Of a DNA stretch of 64,000 bases, positions 12,156 to 21,052 are shown piece after piece. Each line of letters starts with the position of its first letter. Position 1 is the stretch's first letter. A model generated the notes under the pieces. It made no database searches, was not told the DNA's origin, and saw only the letters and a list, made by a program, of their open reading frames with translations. Location: NCBI GenBank assembly GCA_965208575.1, contig CBDBOV010000004.1:864001-928000 (forward strand), read 5' to 3'. A program made the position numbers and the translations under genes. This DNA is from Spirochaetia bacterium. GTDB lineage: Bacteria; Spirochaetota; Spirochaetia; SZUA-6; Bin103.

Positions 12156-13031
12156 ATGGATACCCGCAACACCAACGAGCACAGTGAGATAGCAGGCGCG
12201 CGCCGGGCCGGCGCGGATTGGCGTGCGCTGACCGTCGGCGACCGGATCCGCTGCCTGGAGCTGGAGGGCTACCTGGTCCTGCCCGACCTCCTGGCACCGG
12301 AGCAGATCGCCGCCATCGGCGCGGAGCTGGCGGCGCTGCCCCTCACCGCCACCGACTACTCGCCGCACAAGCAGACGGCGGACGACCTGCTCGGGCGCGA
12401 CATGCCGCACACCATGGCGGCCATCGCGCTGCCGCGCACGGTCGCGTTCCTCGAGCGCCTGTTCGGAGACGACGTGCTGTGCACCTCCGTCAGCTACCAG
12501 CTGTGCGAACCCGGCCATCCCGGCATCGCCATCCATACCGATGCCCTGCCCTACGGCTCGCGTTCCTCCGGCAGCCTCAGCTCGCCGGTGCTGATGCGCG
12601 TGCTCTACTACCTCGACGACCTCACCCCGGAGTGCTCGCCGTTCAAGGTGGTGCCGCGCTCGCACCTCTCGGTGCATGCCGACGCCAACCCGTACAACCG
12701 CTTCCTGCGCCACGACGAGGAGGTGATGGTCACCTGCGCGGCGGGCTCCGCGGTGGTGATCAACCAGAAGGTGTTCCACGGCAACTACCCCAACTTTGCC
12801 ACCCGCGACCGGCGCATGCTGGCCATCTCCTACCGCCCGGCCTGGGCCGGCCCGGTGACGCAGGTGGCGCCGTGGAACCCCCAACAGCTCGCCGCGCTGC
12901 CGCCGGCGGCGCGCCGCATGTTCCAGGATCCCAACACGCGGCGCATCGACCTCGACGTGCAGAACCGGCCCCGCGGCCTGGACCGCAGCGACGCCGGCAT
13001 CGCTCCTTCCCGCTGGAACGCGGACACCTAG
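12156..13031 (+). CDS. Phytanoyl-CoA dioxygenase (PhyH) family Fe(II)/2OG dioxygenase
   Basis: EGYLVLPDLL, HxD in IHTDA, YYLDDLT...FKVVPRSH, AGSAVV..FHG. Confidence 0.85.
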   Translation: MDTRNTNEHSEIAGARRAGADWRALTVGDRIRCLELEGYLVLPDLLAPEQIAAIGAELAALPLTATDYSPHKQTADDLLGRDMPHTMAAIALPRTVAFLERLFGDDVLCTSVSYQLCEPGHPGIAIHTDALPYGSRSSGSLSSPVLMRVLYYLDDLTPECSPFKVVPRSHLSVHADANPYNRFLRHDEEVMVTCAAGSAVVINQKVFHGNYPNFATRDRRMLAISYRPAWAGPVTQVAPWNPQQLAALPPAARRMFQDPNTRRIDLDVQNRPRGLDRSDAGIAPSRWNADT

Positions 13032-13186
13032 GCGCCTGTCGGACTCGGGCAAGCGCCTGGGCAGGCCGGTGGGCCGGAAGCGCCGCCGCTGGCGGCGAAT
13101 GCGGGGCAACAGCGCTGCTGCGCTCGGTGAATTCTGCGACAACCGAGGGAGACCAGTGCAACCGCGACGACGAAACCACGACGACA

Positions 13187-13215
13187 TTGACAGCTTCACG
13201 CAGCGGGTGCACAGT
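13187..13215 (+). promoter_or_regulatory. Putative sigma70 promoter of the SBP gene
   Basis: TTGACA (13187-13192), 17 bp, CACAGT (13210-13215). Confidence 0.45.
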
Positions 13216-13268
13216 ACCGAGCCATGCTGGCGGGATGTCCGCCCGCCTACACAAACGGAGGTTTTATC

Positions 13269-15248
13269 ATGACCGCACGCGTGCCGCTCCTGATCGCGGG
13301 AGTGCTCGTTCTCGCTGCCGGCTCCCTGTTTGCCGGCGCTGAAACGGAGGAAGGTTCATCGTCGCCGGCCGCCGCCGCCCCGGCGGGCAAGTACCAGGAG
13401 GCGCCGATGCTGGCCGCGCTGGTGGCCGCCGGCGAGTTGCCGCCGGTCGACGAGCGGCTGCCGGAGATTCCCTCGGTGGCGGACCTGGTGCCGGAGGTCG
13501 GCCGCTACGGCGGCACGTTGAACGTGTTTTCGGTCGATGAGCGGCCGTGGAACGACCTGACGGCGGAGTCGGTGGACAACGGCAGCAGCAACCTCCTGCA
13601 ATTCACCCCCGACGGCAGAATCATTCCCGATCTCGCCCTGTCCTACGAACTCGCGGACGATGCCAAGAGCATGACGCTGGCCCTGCGCAAGGGCACCAGG
13701 TGGTCGGACGGCGAGCCGTTCACGGCGGACGACATCTTGTTCGTGTTCGAAGACATGCACTGGCACCCCGACGTGGAGACCTGGGCGATCCTGTCCGGGG
13801 TGTCGCGCGTCATCAAGATCGACGACTATAACGTGCGCTACGAGATGGATGAACCCTACCCGGTGCTGGAGGTGCAGCTCGGCGCCTGGCCGGGCAGCCA
13901 ATGGGCCAGCTTTCACCCCAAGCACTACCTGAAGAAGTGGCACATCAATCACAACCCGGACGCCGACAAGGTGGCCAAGGAGGAGGGCTTCGAGGACTGG
14001 ACGCGCGCATTCCACTATCACTTCTGGTGGCGCCCCAAGAAAGACATCGAACAGCCCACCATGATGCCGTGGCGGTTCACCAGCTTCACGACCACCGTGC
14101 GCACCTACGAGCGCAATCCCTACTATTTTCAGGTCGACGCCGAAGGCAACCAGCTTCCCTACATCGACACGATCGTCTCCACGCTCGTCGATCGCGAAAC
14201 CTACCAGCTCAAGGTGATCTCCGGGGAGGCGGACATCGCCTTCAGGAGAACGAGCGTGGACAACTGGTCGCTCTACAAGCAGAACGAAAGTGCCGGCGGC
14301 TACGTCGTGCACGGCGCACCGGGCGTCCTGTCCGCGGACGTCGGCCTGGCGCTGAACCAGAACCACGAAGATCCGGACTTGCGGGCGCTGTTCCAGGACA
14401 TCCGATTCCGGCGCGCGCTGAGTGTGGCGATCGACCGCAACGATCTCAACAAGTCCGTCTACCTGGGCCTCGGTACGCCGCTGCAGGCCACCATGCTGCC
14501 GTCGACCACCTTCTACAAGGAGGAGTGGGGGCAGGCGCACGCCGAGTACGATCCGGACGAAGCCAATCGGCTGCTCGACGAGGTGGGTCTGAGCGAACGT
14601 GACCGCGACGGATTTCGGATCGGCCCGGATGGCGACGCCTTGCTGATCACCGTCGAGTGGTCTGCCACGCTGTCCGTTCCCCCGGCGGCGTTCGAGCTGA
14701 TCAAGGAGTACTGGGAAGACGTTGGCGTCAAGGTGGGGCTGCGCCCAATGGAGAACGCGCTGTTCTCGGAACGGGGCACGGGCACCGATCACGCGTTCCG
14801 CGCCCGCAAGATGGAGACCGTGGAAGAGGTGGCGTTCTACCTGGAGCCGAACCGCGCCGAAGTCGGCGGACTGGGCTTTTCGTGGGCGCCGACGTGGGAG
14901 CTGTGGCTGCATGCCAAGGCCGATGTCGACTCCGGCAAGAAGACACTGGCCGACTTCGCCGACGGCAAGCTGCCCGGCGAGGAACCGCCGCAGGAGATGA
15001 AGGATCTGCAACGCTGGGTCGACGAAGTGAGCACCACCCGGTTCGGCTCACCCGAGTTCGTGGCGCTCGCGCAGCAGATCTGGGACCTGCACGCCAAGAA
15101 CTTGTACATCATCGGCACCGTCGGTCTGCAGCCGGTTCCGGTCGTGGCCAAGGAGAACCTCGGCAACGTGCGCACCAGCTTCCCGATGGCCGCCGACTAC
15201 TCCGGCAACCTGGGCGCCGACGCCCAGCACCTGTTCTGGCGCGAGTAG
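13269..15248 (+). CDS. ABC transporter substrate-binding protein, family 5 (peptide/oligosaccharide)
   Basis: Signal peptide, EAPMLAALVAAGELPPVDERLP, LRKGTRWSDGEPFTADDILF, RNPYYFQVDAEGNQLPYID. RBS GGAGG upstream. Confidence 0.92.
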   Translation: MTARVPLLIAGVLVLAAGSLFAGAETEEGSSSPAAAAPAGKYQEAPMLAALVAAGELPPVDERLPEIPSVADLVPEVGRYGGTLNVFSVDERPWNDLTAESVDNGSSNLLQFTPDGRIIPDLALSYELADDAKSMTLALRKGTRWSDGEPFTADDILFVFEDMHWHPDVETWAILSGVSRVIKIDDYNVRYEMDEPYPVLEVQLGAWPGSQWASFHPKHYLKKWHINHNPDADKVAKEEGFEDWTRAFHYHFWWRPKKDIEQPTMMPWRFTSFTTTVRTYERNPYYFQVDAEGNQLPYIDTIVSTLVDRETYQLKVISGEADIAFRRTSVDNWSLYKQNESAGGYVVHGAPGVLSADVGLALNQNHEDPDLRALFQDIRFRRALSVAIDRNDLNKSVYLGLGTPLQATMLPSTTFYKEEWGQAHAEYDPDEANRLLDEVGLSERDRDGFRIGPDGDALLITVEWSATLSVPPAAFELIKEYWEDVGVKVGLRPMENALFSERGTGTDHAFRARKMETVEEVAFYLEPNRAEVGGLGFSWAPTWELWLHAKADVDSGKKTLADFADGKLPGEEPPQEMKDLQRWVDEVSTTRFGSPEFVALAQQIWDLHAKNLYIIGTVGLQPVPVVAKENLGNVRTSFPMAADYSGNLGADAQHLFWRE

Positions 15249-15260
15249 CAGCACGACCAT

Positions 15261-15294
15261 CTGAGGCGGCCCTTTGTATGTAGGGCCGCCTCAG
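15261..15294 (+). terminator. Perfect 13-bp stem-loop downstream of the SBP gene
   Basis: ctgaggcggccct, 8-nt loop, agggccgcctcag. No strong U-tract. Confidence 0.55.
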
Positions 15295-15543
15295 GCTGCG
15301 TACGCAGGGAACCTCGGATGATCCACATCGCGGAGAGGCCCTGCGACCCGTGTCTCTATCCTCAATTTGGTGCCCGTCATTGCTACCCTTCCTTGAGGGC
15401 GGCAGTTGCGCACCCCACGGCGCACAGACCAAATGATCTGCCTCGACGCTTGACTGCCCTCTAAACCGAAGTTCCAGAGCGGGAATCTTGTTAATTCGTT
15501 ATTGATCTGAAAATTGCGCTCAACAGCCGATGTCCGTTACTGG

Positions 15544-16729
15544 CTACACTTGGGCGCTGACCTCCAGGAGATCGAAACAGCGCTGCTGCAGCGCGGTCGG
15601 TTCGCTGTGCATGGTGAACGTGGCGCCGCTATCCACTATCCGCACGCGGTTGGCCGTCAGCGTCCCCAACTCGCTCATCAGGCTGCGAAAGCTGTGCACC
15701 GGCAGACCGTCGTCGGTACGCTTGCTCGCCGCCTTCCGGTGTGCGGCCGGTGAGCGTTCCGCCGGTTGCACCACCGACTCGCGCAGCGCCTCGCCGGCGG
15801 CGCGGTCGTGGTCGTCGAACAGCACCGGCGCCAGCTTGCTGCGCATGTGCCACTCCACGTAGTAGGCCAGCATGCACAGGAACACGTGCGCCCGCACCCG
15901 GTCAGCACTGCGGTGATAGATCGGTCGCACCTTCAGATCCACCGTTTTCATGCTGCGGAAGGCGCGCTCCACCTTGGCCAGATCCTTGTACGCCGTCACC
16001 GTCTGCTCGGCGTCGAACAGCTCCGGCTCCACGTTGGAGCGCACGATGTAGAGCCCGTCCAGTTCTTCCTCGGCCGCGATCTTGTCCAGGTCACGCACGA
16101 ACGAGAACGAGTCGTCGGTGATGGTGGTGGTGAAATGCTTGCCCACCTTGTAGTGGTTGATCACCTTGCCCACCCGCAGGCCGATCGCGGCGGCGCCGCG
16201 CAGCGGCTTTTTGGCGCGCTGCGTGGCCGTCACGATCGGCGTCAGTTCCTCCTCCGTGGAGGCCAGCAACTTCTGCCTCTTGCGCTGCCGTTGCTCGGCC
16301 AGGATCGGGTTGCGGCACACGATCAGCCGCTCGCCGGGGAACTCGGGTGAGCTGATCTCCGCCAGGTCACGCTCGTCGAACATGGTCTGCGCCACTTCGC
16401 CGGCCTCGATCAGCTTGCGGATGGTGGGCGCCCGCAGGGTCGTGATCCAGCGCAGGCCGTCGATCCCCTGCAGGTCCTCGCGGATGCGCGCGCCGGTGAG
16501 CATGCCGCGGTCGCCGACCAGCACGACGCGCTGCAAGCCGAAACGGTTGCGAATCTTGTCGACCTGAGCGGCGACCGTCTTGGGGTCACTGGTGGAGCCC
16601 TCGAATACCTCGACGGCGATGGGACAGCCGTCTGCGGTACACAGCAGGCCGAACACGATCTGCAAGGTGCCGCGTTTGCCGTCGCGGCTGTGACCACGGC
16701 GCGCCAACGGGCAGGTGTGGCCATGGAAG
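15544..16729 (-). pseudogene. IS1634-family transposase, C-terminal part
   Basis: HGHTCPLARRGHSRDGK..LQIVFGLLC...CPIAVEVFEG, VLVGDRGML, YKDLAKVERAFRSMK...RPIYHR..DRVRAHVFLCMLAYY. Confidence 0.9.
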
Positions 16730-16885
16730 TGTCGGCTCTCAGATTGATCTGAGCGGAATGGGGGCGGACGTCTCACGATCGACTGGAGTGGAGGACGGGA
16801 GAGTCGAGGTAAACTGACCAGAAAAACAGGGTAGCTGCCCCAGGTGATGAGAACCGGACAGCTACCCTGAACTAAGGACAGCCGA

Positions 16886-17497
16886 TTGGTACTCCATCTG
16901 GCGGTTGATTTCAAGAGACTTCAGGAACAGGGCAAGGAGTATCGGTGGCCGCGGCCGGAGCGCTGCCTGGAGTGCGGTCGGAGGCGGCCGTGGGGCCATG
17001 GCTATGTCGGACGGTGCTTCGATGGCTGCGGCGAGCCGCTGTGGATGAAGCGCTACCGGTGTCCGGACTGCGGGACCGTGTACACGCTGCGACCGGACAG
17101 CCACTACCGCGGGTTCTGGGCGCCGTGGCGAGTGATTCTGGTAGCCCTGCTGGGCAAGCTGAAGGGTGGTCGCTGGATCGCGCGGGTGAGCCGACAGCGG
17201 CAGCAGTACTGGCGCCAGGGGTTGCGCCGGCAGTTGTTGCTGGAGGGGGTGACCGCGGTGAGCCGGCCGGGCCAGGTTGCGGCCAGTGCGCTGAAGGCGC
17301 TGGTGGTGCGGTTGATCATCGTCAGTACGCATTCGGTGAGCTACCGCCAGATACGGCGAGTGGATGCCGCCCCCGAGTTGGTGCTGGCGGTGCCGGTGGT
17401 GGGCTTTGCGGGACACCTTGATGGCGTCGGGAGCACAGCAGACAGCGCCCTGAAGGAGCCAGGGAATGAGCCGACACCCAGTCACGGGGCACGATGA
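16886..17497 (+). CDS. DUF6431-like zinc-ribbon protein (transposon accessory)
   Basis: CLECG...WGHGY..R......MKRYRCPDCG.VYTLRP. TTG start. First ORF of the element. Confidence 0.7.
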   Translation: MVLHLAVDFKRLQEQGKEYRWPRPERCLECGRRRPWGHGYVGRCFDGCGEPLWMKRYRCPDCGTVYTLRPDSHYRGFWAPWRVILVALLGKLKGGRWIARVSRQRQQYWRQGLRRQLLLEGVTAVSRPGQVAASALKALVVRLIIVSTHSVSYRQIRRVDAAPELVLAVPVVGFAGHLDGVGSTADSALKEPGNEPTPSHGAR

Positions 17498-17778
17498 GCA
17501 CGGTGCTGGTCGCGGGGTGCCGGCTCAGACCGGGCAAGTGGCTGGTGAGCAGTGCAGGAGGACGCCGCCGCGGTGCTGGCGAGCGCCTTTGGCGCTTGGG
17601 TGGCTGTCCGGGCGACGCTGCGGGCAGGGCGCTGGTGGCGCGGCTGATCATGATCGGAGCGGAGAAAATAACGCGAACTGGCGCCTGGGTGACCCCAAGC
17701 CTACCGGATCTTTGCGGTGATCGGCGAACCAATGGGGAGCAAATTGATGCCACCAACACCCCAGGAGGTTCCTCGATC

Positions 17779-19095
17779 ATGGAGGAAGAGAAGAAAAAGC
17801 GGATCGCGTTGTTCCGGTTCGGTGTGATCGCCGGCCTGATCGGGTATGCGAAGCTCGACCAGGGCAAGCGCGAGGCGCGCATCAAGGACCTGGCGGAGCA
17901 GGAATGGAAGATCCCATTCTCGCTGCGCAGTTCGATCAGCCGGTCGACGATCCGCGACTGGCTGCGGCGTTACGAGCACAGCGGCAAGAAACTGGAGAGC
18001 CTGTTCCCGAAGGACCGCGCGGACGCCGGCGTGGGGCGCAGCATCGATCCCGAGACCGAGTTGGCACTGGTCAATCTCCGGCGTGAACTGGCACAGGCGT
18101 CGTTGTCAGTGGTGCTGCAGGTGGCGCGCCGCCGCAATCTCCTGCCGCCCGACTTCGCAGCCTCACGGCAAAGCATCTACCGATTGTTCCGGCGCCATGG
18201 TCTGCACCGGCAGCGGCCCGCGACGCAGGACCGGCGGCGCTTCGAAGCGGAACTGCCGAACGACTTGTGGCAAGCGGATTGCATGCACGGCCCGCGCGTG
18301 AAAAGCGACGGCAAGCTGCGCAAGACGTTTCTGTTCGCCTGCATCGATGATCACTCGCGGCTCATCACCGGCGCCCGCTTCTATCTGCGTGAAAACATCG
18401 ACTGTTTCCAGGACTGCCTGCTGCGGGCGCTCGAAACGCGCGGTCTGCCACGCAAACTGTATGTCGATAACGGCCCCAGCTTTCGCTCCCAACGACTCAG
18501 TTACGCCTGTGCATCGCTGGGCATAGCGCTCCTCTTCGCGACCCCATACACGCCCCAGGGAAAGGGTAAAATCGAGCGCTATTTCCGCACCATACGCACC
18601 CAGATGCTGCCTCTGGTCAGCGATCACGATACCCTCGAGCAGCTCAACGCCCAGCTTGCCGAGTGGCTCGACCACAGCTACCATCAGCGGCTTCACTCCA
18701 GCACCGGGGAGCAGCCCCTGCAGCGCTATCTGCGCCACCTGGAACTGCTGCGGCCTGCGCCCCAGAATGTGCGTGACCACTTCCGCACCATGGTGCGCCG
18801 CAAGGTCGACAAGGATCGTGCCGTCGCCCTCTACGGCAAGCTCTACGAAGCGCCGGTGGGGCTCATCGGGAACACCGTCAACCTGCTCTATCATGAGGCT
18901 GATCCGTCCCGCATCGAGGTGTTCTTCGAAGATCGCTCTTACGGCTTCCTCAGTGAGTTGAACCCCCACGTCAACAGCCGCGTGCGCCGCATCAGCGGCC
19001 ATGAGACCGAGCTCGAGCCGGCGCCGGAGCCGCCCGCTGATGACCCCCAGCCCGGCCCCCGCGGCGGCCAGCTGTTCGAGGAGTCCGACCGATGA
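17779..19095 (+). CDS. DDE transposase/integrase (rve core with Mu-transposase-like C-terminus)
   Basis: RIALFRFGVI, HTH S.STIRDWLRRY, LWQADCMHGP, CIDDHSR, LYVDNGPSF, PYTPQGKGKIERYFRT, YHQRLHSSTGEQP, RRKVDKD. RBS AGGAGG at 17763. The frame is open upstream to ATG 17494. Confidence 0.92.
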   Translation: MEEEKKKRIALFRFGVIAGLIGYAKLDQGKREARIKDLAEQEWKIPFSLRSSISRSTIRDWLRRYEHSGKKLESLFPKDRADAGVGRSIDPETELALVNLRRELAQASLSVVLQVARRRNLLPPDFAASRQSIYRLFRRHGLHRQRPATQDRRRFEAELPNDLWQADCMHGPRVKSDGKLRKTFLFACIDDHSRLITGARFYLRENIDCFQDCLLRALETRGLPRKLYVDNGPSFRSQRLSYACASLGIALLFATPYTPQGKGKIERYFRTIRTQMLPLVSDHDTLEQLNAQLAEWLDHSYHQRLHSSTGEQPLQRYLRHLELLRPAPQNVRDHFRTMVRRKVDKDRAVALYGKLYEAPVGLIGNTVNLLYHEADPSRIEVFFEDRSYGFLSELNPHVNSRVRRISGHETELEPAPEPPADDPQPGPRGGQLFEESDR

Positions 19096-19922
19096 TCGAC
19101 CTCAGACATGCCTTCGGTTTCCAACGCGATCCGTTCCCCCAGGACGTCCCGATCAACGGTCTGTACCCGATCCCGGGCCTGAAAGCGCTCACCGAGCGCT
19201 TTCAGTATGCCCTCGGGCTCGGCCTCATCACCGTCATCACCGGCGAGGTGGGAGCGGGAAAATCCACTTCCCTGCGCCATGTCACGAGCACCCTGCACCC
19301 CGCCGAATACCGTCTCCTGGCGGTCATCGCCACCACCGGCACGCTGCTCGACCTGCTGCGCCAGATCTGCCTGGAGATGGGCACCCCCCCGCGCTCCTCA
19401 CTGGCCGTCCTCAGCCGCACCGTGCGCGACCTGCTGACCGACATCAGGCGCAAGAAGCAGACCCCGTTGCTGGTCGTCGACGAGGCACATCTGCTCCGCT
19501 TCGAGGTGTTCGCACAGCTCCACACTCTCACTCAGTTCGCCTTCGATTCGCAGACCTTGATGCCGATGGTGCTGGCCGGCCAGAGCAGCCTGCTTGACCG
19601 CCTGTTGTTCCATACCTCGCGCCCGCTCGCCTCACGGGTCGTGGGCCGCAGCCACCTCGATGCTCTCTCCCTTGATGACATGCGCGGCTACCTCGACCAC
19701 CATCTGCAGCTCGCCGCCGGGCGGGACACCCAGTCCGCCACAGCGCGGCGCAGCGCCGACCTGCTCAGCGACGAAGCCGCCGTCGCCATCCATCAGGGCT
19801 CCGGCGGGCTCCTGCGGCGCGCCAATCATCTCGCCCGCGGCGCCCTCATGGCGGCCGCTCGCGAGCATTGCTCGGTGGTCGCCGCCGAGCATGTCCGGCT
19901 CGCTGCCACCGAGATTCTGTAG
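19092..19922 (+). CDS. ExeA/TnsC-like AAA+ ATPase
   Basis: FGFQRDPF, Walker A GEVGAGKST, Walker B LLVVDEAHLL, LAGQ, SGGLLRRANHLA. ATGA overlap with the transposase stop. Confidence 0.9.
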   Translation: MIDLRHAFGFQRDPFPQDVPINGLYPIPGLKALTERFQYALGLGLITVITGEVGAGKSTSLRHVTSTLHPAEYRLLAVIATTGTLLDLLRQICLEMGTPPRSSLAVLSRTVRDLLTDIRRKKQTPLLVVDEAHLLRFEVFAQLHTLTQFAFDSQTLMPMVLAGQSSLLDRLLFHTSRPLASRVVGRSHLDALSLDDMRGYLDHHLQLAAGRDTQSATARRSADLLSDEAAVAIHQGSGGLLRRANHLARGALMAAAREHCSVVAAEHVRLAATEIL

Positions 19923-19931
19923 GTCGGTTCC

Positions 19932-20246
19932 GTGATCAACGTCGCTATCAGAAAAATCGCCGGCAGCGACCGCGAATACTTCGCCTACGCCAGGACGTTC
20001 GCCGGTCGCGCCACCTACTTCGTGTATTTCCGTGATGACATCTGGGGCGCCATGGTGCTGCACAACTTCACCGACATGCTGCGCGCCGTGTTCCAGAACT
20101 CACCCGTCAAGCTGACTCTCGTCGAACAGGAACTCTCTCTCAAACATCCTGCCGTTCTCGGCTTCCTGAGACAATCTCCTGAGGACCCCTCAGCACCACC
20201 GACAGGAGATCTCGCCCGCGGCCACCGGCAACCCGGTGCAGAATAA
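19932..20246 (+). CDS. Hypothetical protein (fourth ORF of the transposon)
   Basis: 104-aa GTG-start ORF 9 bp after the ATPase stop, with globular-looking composition. It ends within the right-end repeat region. Confidence 0.6.
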   Translation: MINVAIRKIAGSDREYFAYARTFAGRATYFVYFRDDIWGAMVLHNFTDMLRAVFQNSPVKLTLVEQELSLKHPAVLGFLRQSPEDPSAPPTGDLARGHRQPGAE

Positions 20247-20300
20247 TATGGTGTCCAGATTACCGTGCGAAAAAACAGCAGAATTACGTGAGACCCAACA

Positions 20301-20850
20301 GGAAGTAACTGGAAGTCAGGTCGTACAACATGAGCGTGTTGTCATGCAGATGGCGCTTGGCCAAGCGCTGCTCGATGCCGTGCTGGCGAGCGAGCAGCCA
20401 ATCCATGGCGGCATACAGCTCATTCTCGTCGACGGCTCCCAACTGCAGCAGGTGGCCGAGGGAGGAGACGGCGCTTTCGGGGTTCAGGCCGCGAGCGGTG
20501 GCGAGTTTGGAGCGAGCGTCGACGACGCGAGCGACGATCATGGCGACGACCAGGTCGCGTTCACGGGAGGCGGGACGAGCGACGAGGGAATGGAGGGAGA
20601 GCTTGCGGAGGGAACCGAGGACGGCGGCGACGTGGCCGTGGGGATAGCTGCGCAAGATGGAGAGCAGTTCGTTGGGAGAGCGCAGAGCGATACCGCCGTT
20701 GAGGAGGACGCGCAAACCCTCGACGAGGTGATCGGGCCACTTGGAGAGGTTGGCGATGGTGCGTTTTTTGACCTTGCCGTGCTGGCGGAAGGACTCGCGG
20801 AGGAGGACGGCCGGGGGAGAGTTGCGGTTGGGGACGGTGTCGATGTACAT
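20301..20850 (-). pseudogene. IS1634-family transposase, N-terminal part
   Basis: MYIDTVPNRNSPPAVLLRESFRQHGKVKKRTIANLS, PHGHVAAVLG, ELYAAMDWLL.RQ..IE..LAKRHL, LYDLTSSYF. Confidence 0.9.
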
Positions 20851-21052
20851 GGGCACCCTACGGAGGGAATGGTAGATCATTTAATAATTACATGTCAACC
20901 AGATGAGAGAAAATTAACGCTGAACCACAGGACTATTTACATGGACACGATTTACACCCATGAACACGCTAATTCCTGTAATAGGAAACAGTTACAAGAA
21001 CGGCCTCTCAAACCTCGGTCTAAACAAGCCATATGATCTACTTGCAAAGTGA

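Larger units (their letters stand above)
16730..20300 (+). mobile_element. Mu/Tn7-like four-gene transposon (zinc-ribbon ORF, DDE transposase, ExeA-like AAA ATPase, small ORF)
   Basis: Starts TGTCGGCTCTCA, ends TGAGACCCAACA (15/22 terminal IR match). 5-bp TSD GGAAG at 16725-16729 and 20301-20305. Removing the element restores the IS1634 frame YDLTSSYF|HGHTC. Confidence 0.92.
15466..21018 (-). mobile_element. IS1634-family insertion sequence, interrupted by a nested transposon
   Basis: Ends CCGAAGTT (15466) and AACCTCGG (21011-21018), a 7/8 inverted match. 6-bp direct repeat TCTAAA at 15460-15465 and 21019-21024. Contains a split IS1634 transposase. Confidence 0.88.

Noticed and set aside
13035-13260. 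Possible riboswitch or ncRNA upstream of the SBP gene (short ctcggt/accgag stem)
   Set aside because: No recognisable riboswitch consensus, and most of the region lies upstream of the predicted promoter. An Rfam scan would be needed.
17188-17476. Two internal GAGCCGACA 9-mers (17188, 17468) that are inverted copies of the left transposon terminus
   Set aside because: Short and GC-rich, not followed by the GGAAG target duplication, and lying in coding sequence. Not enough evidence for alternative ends.
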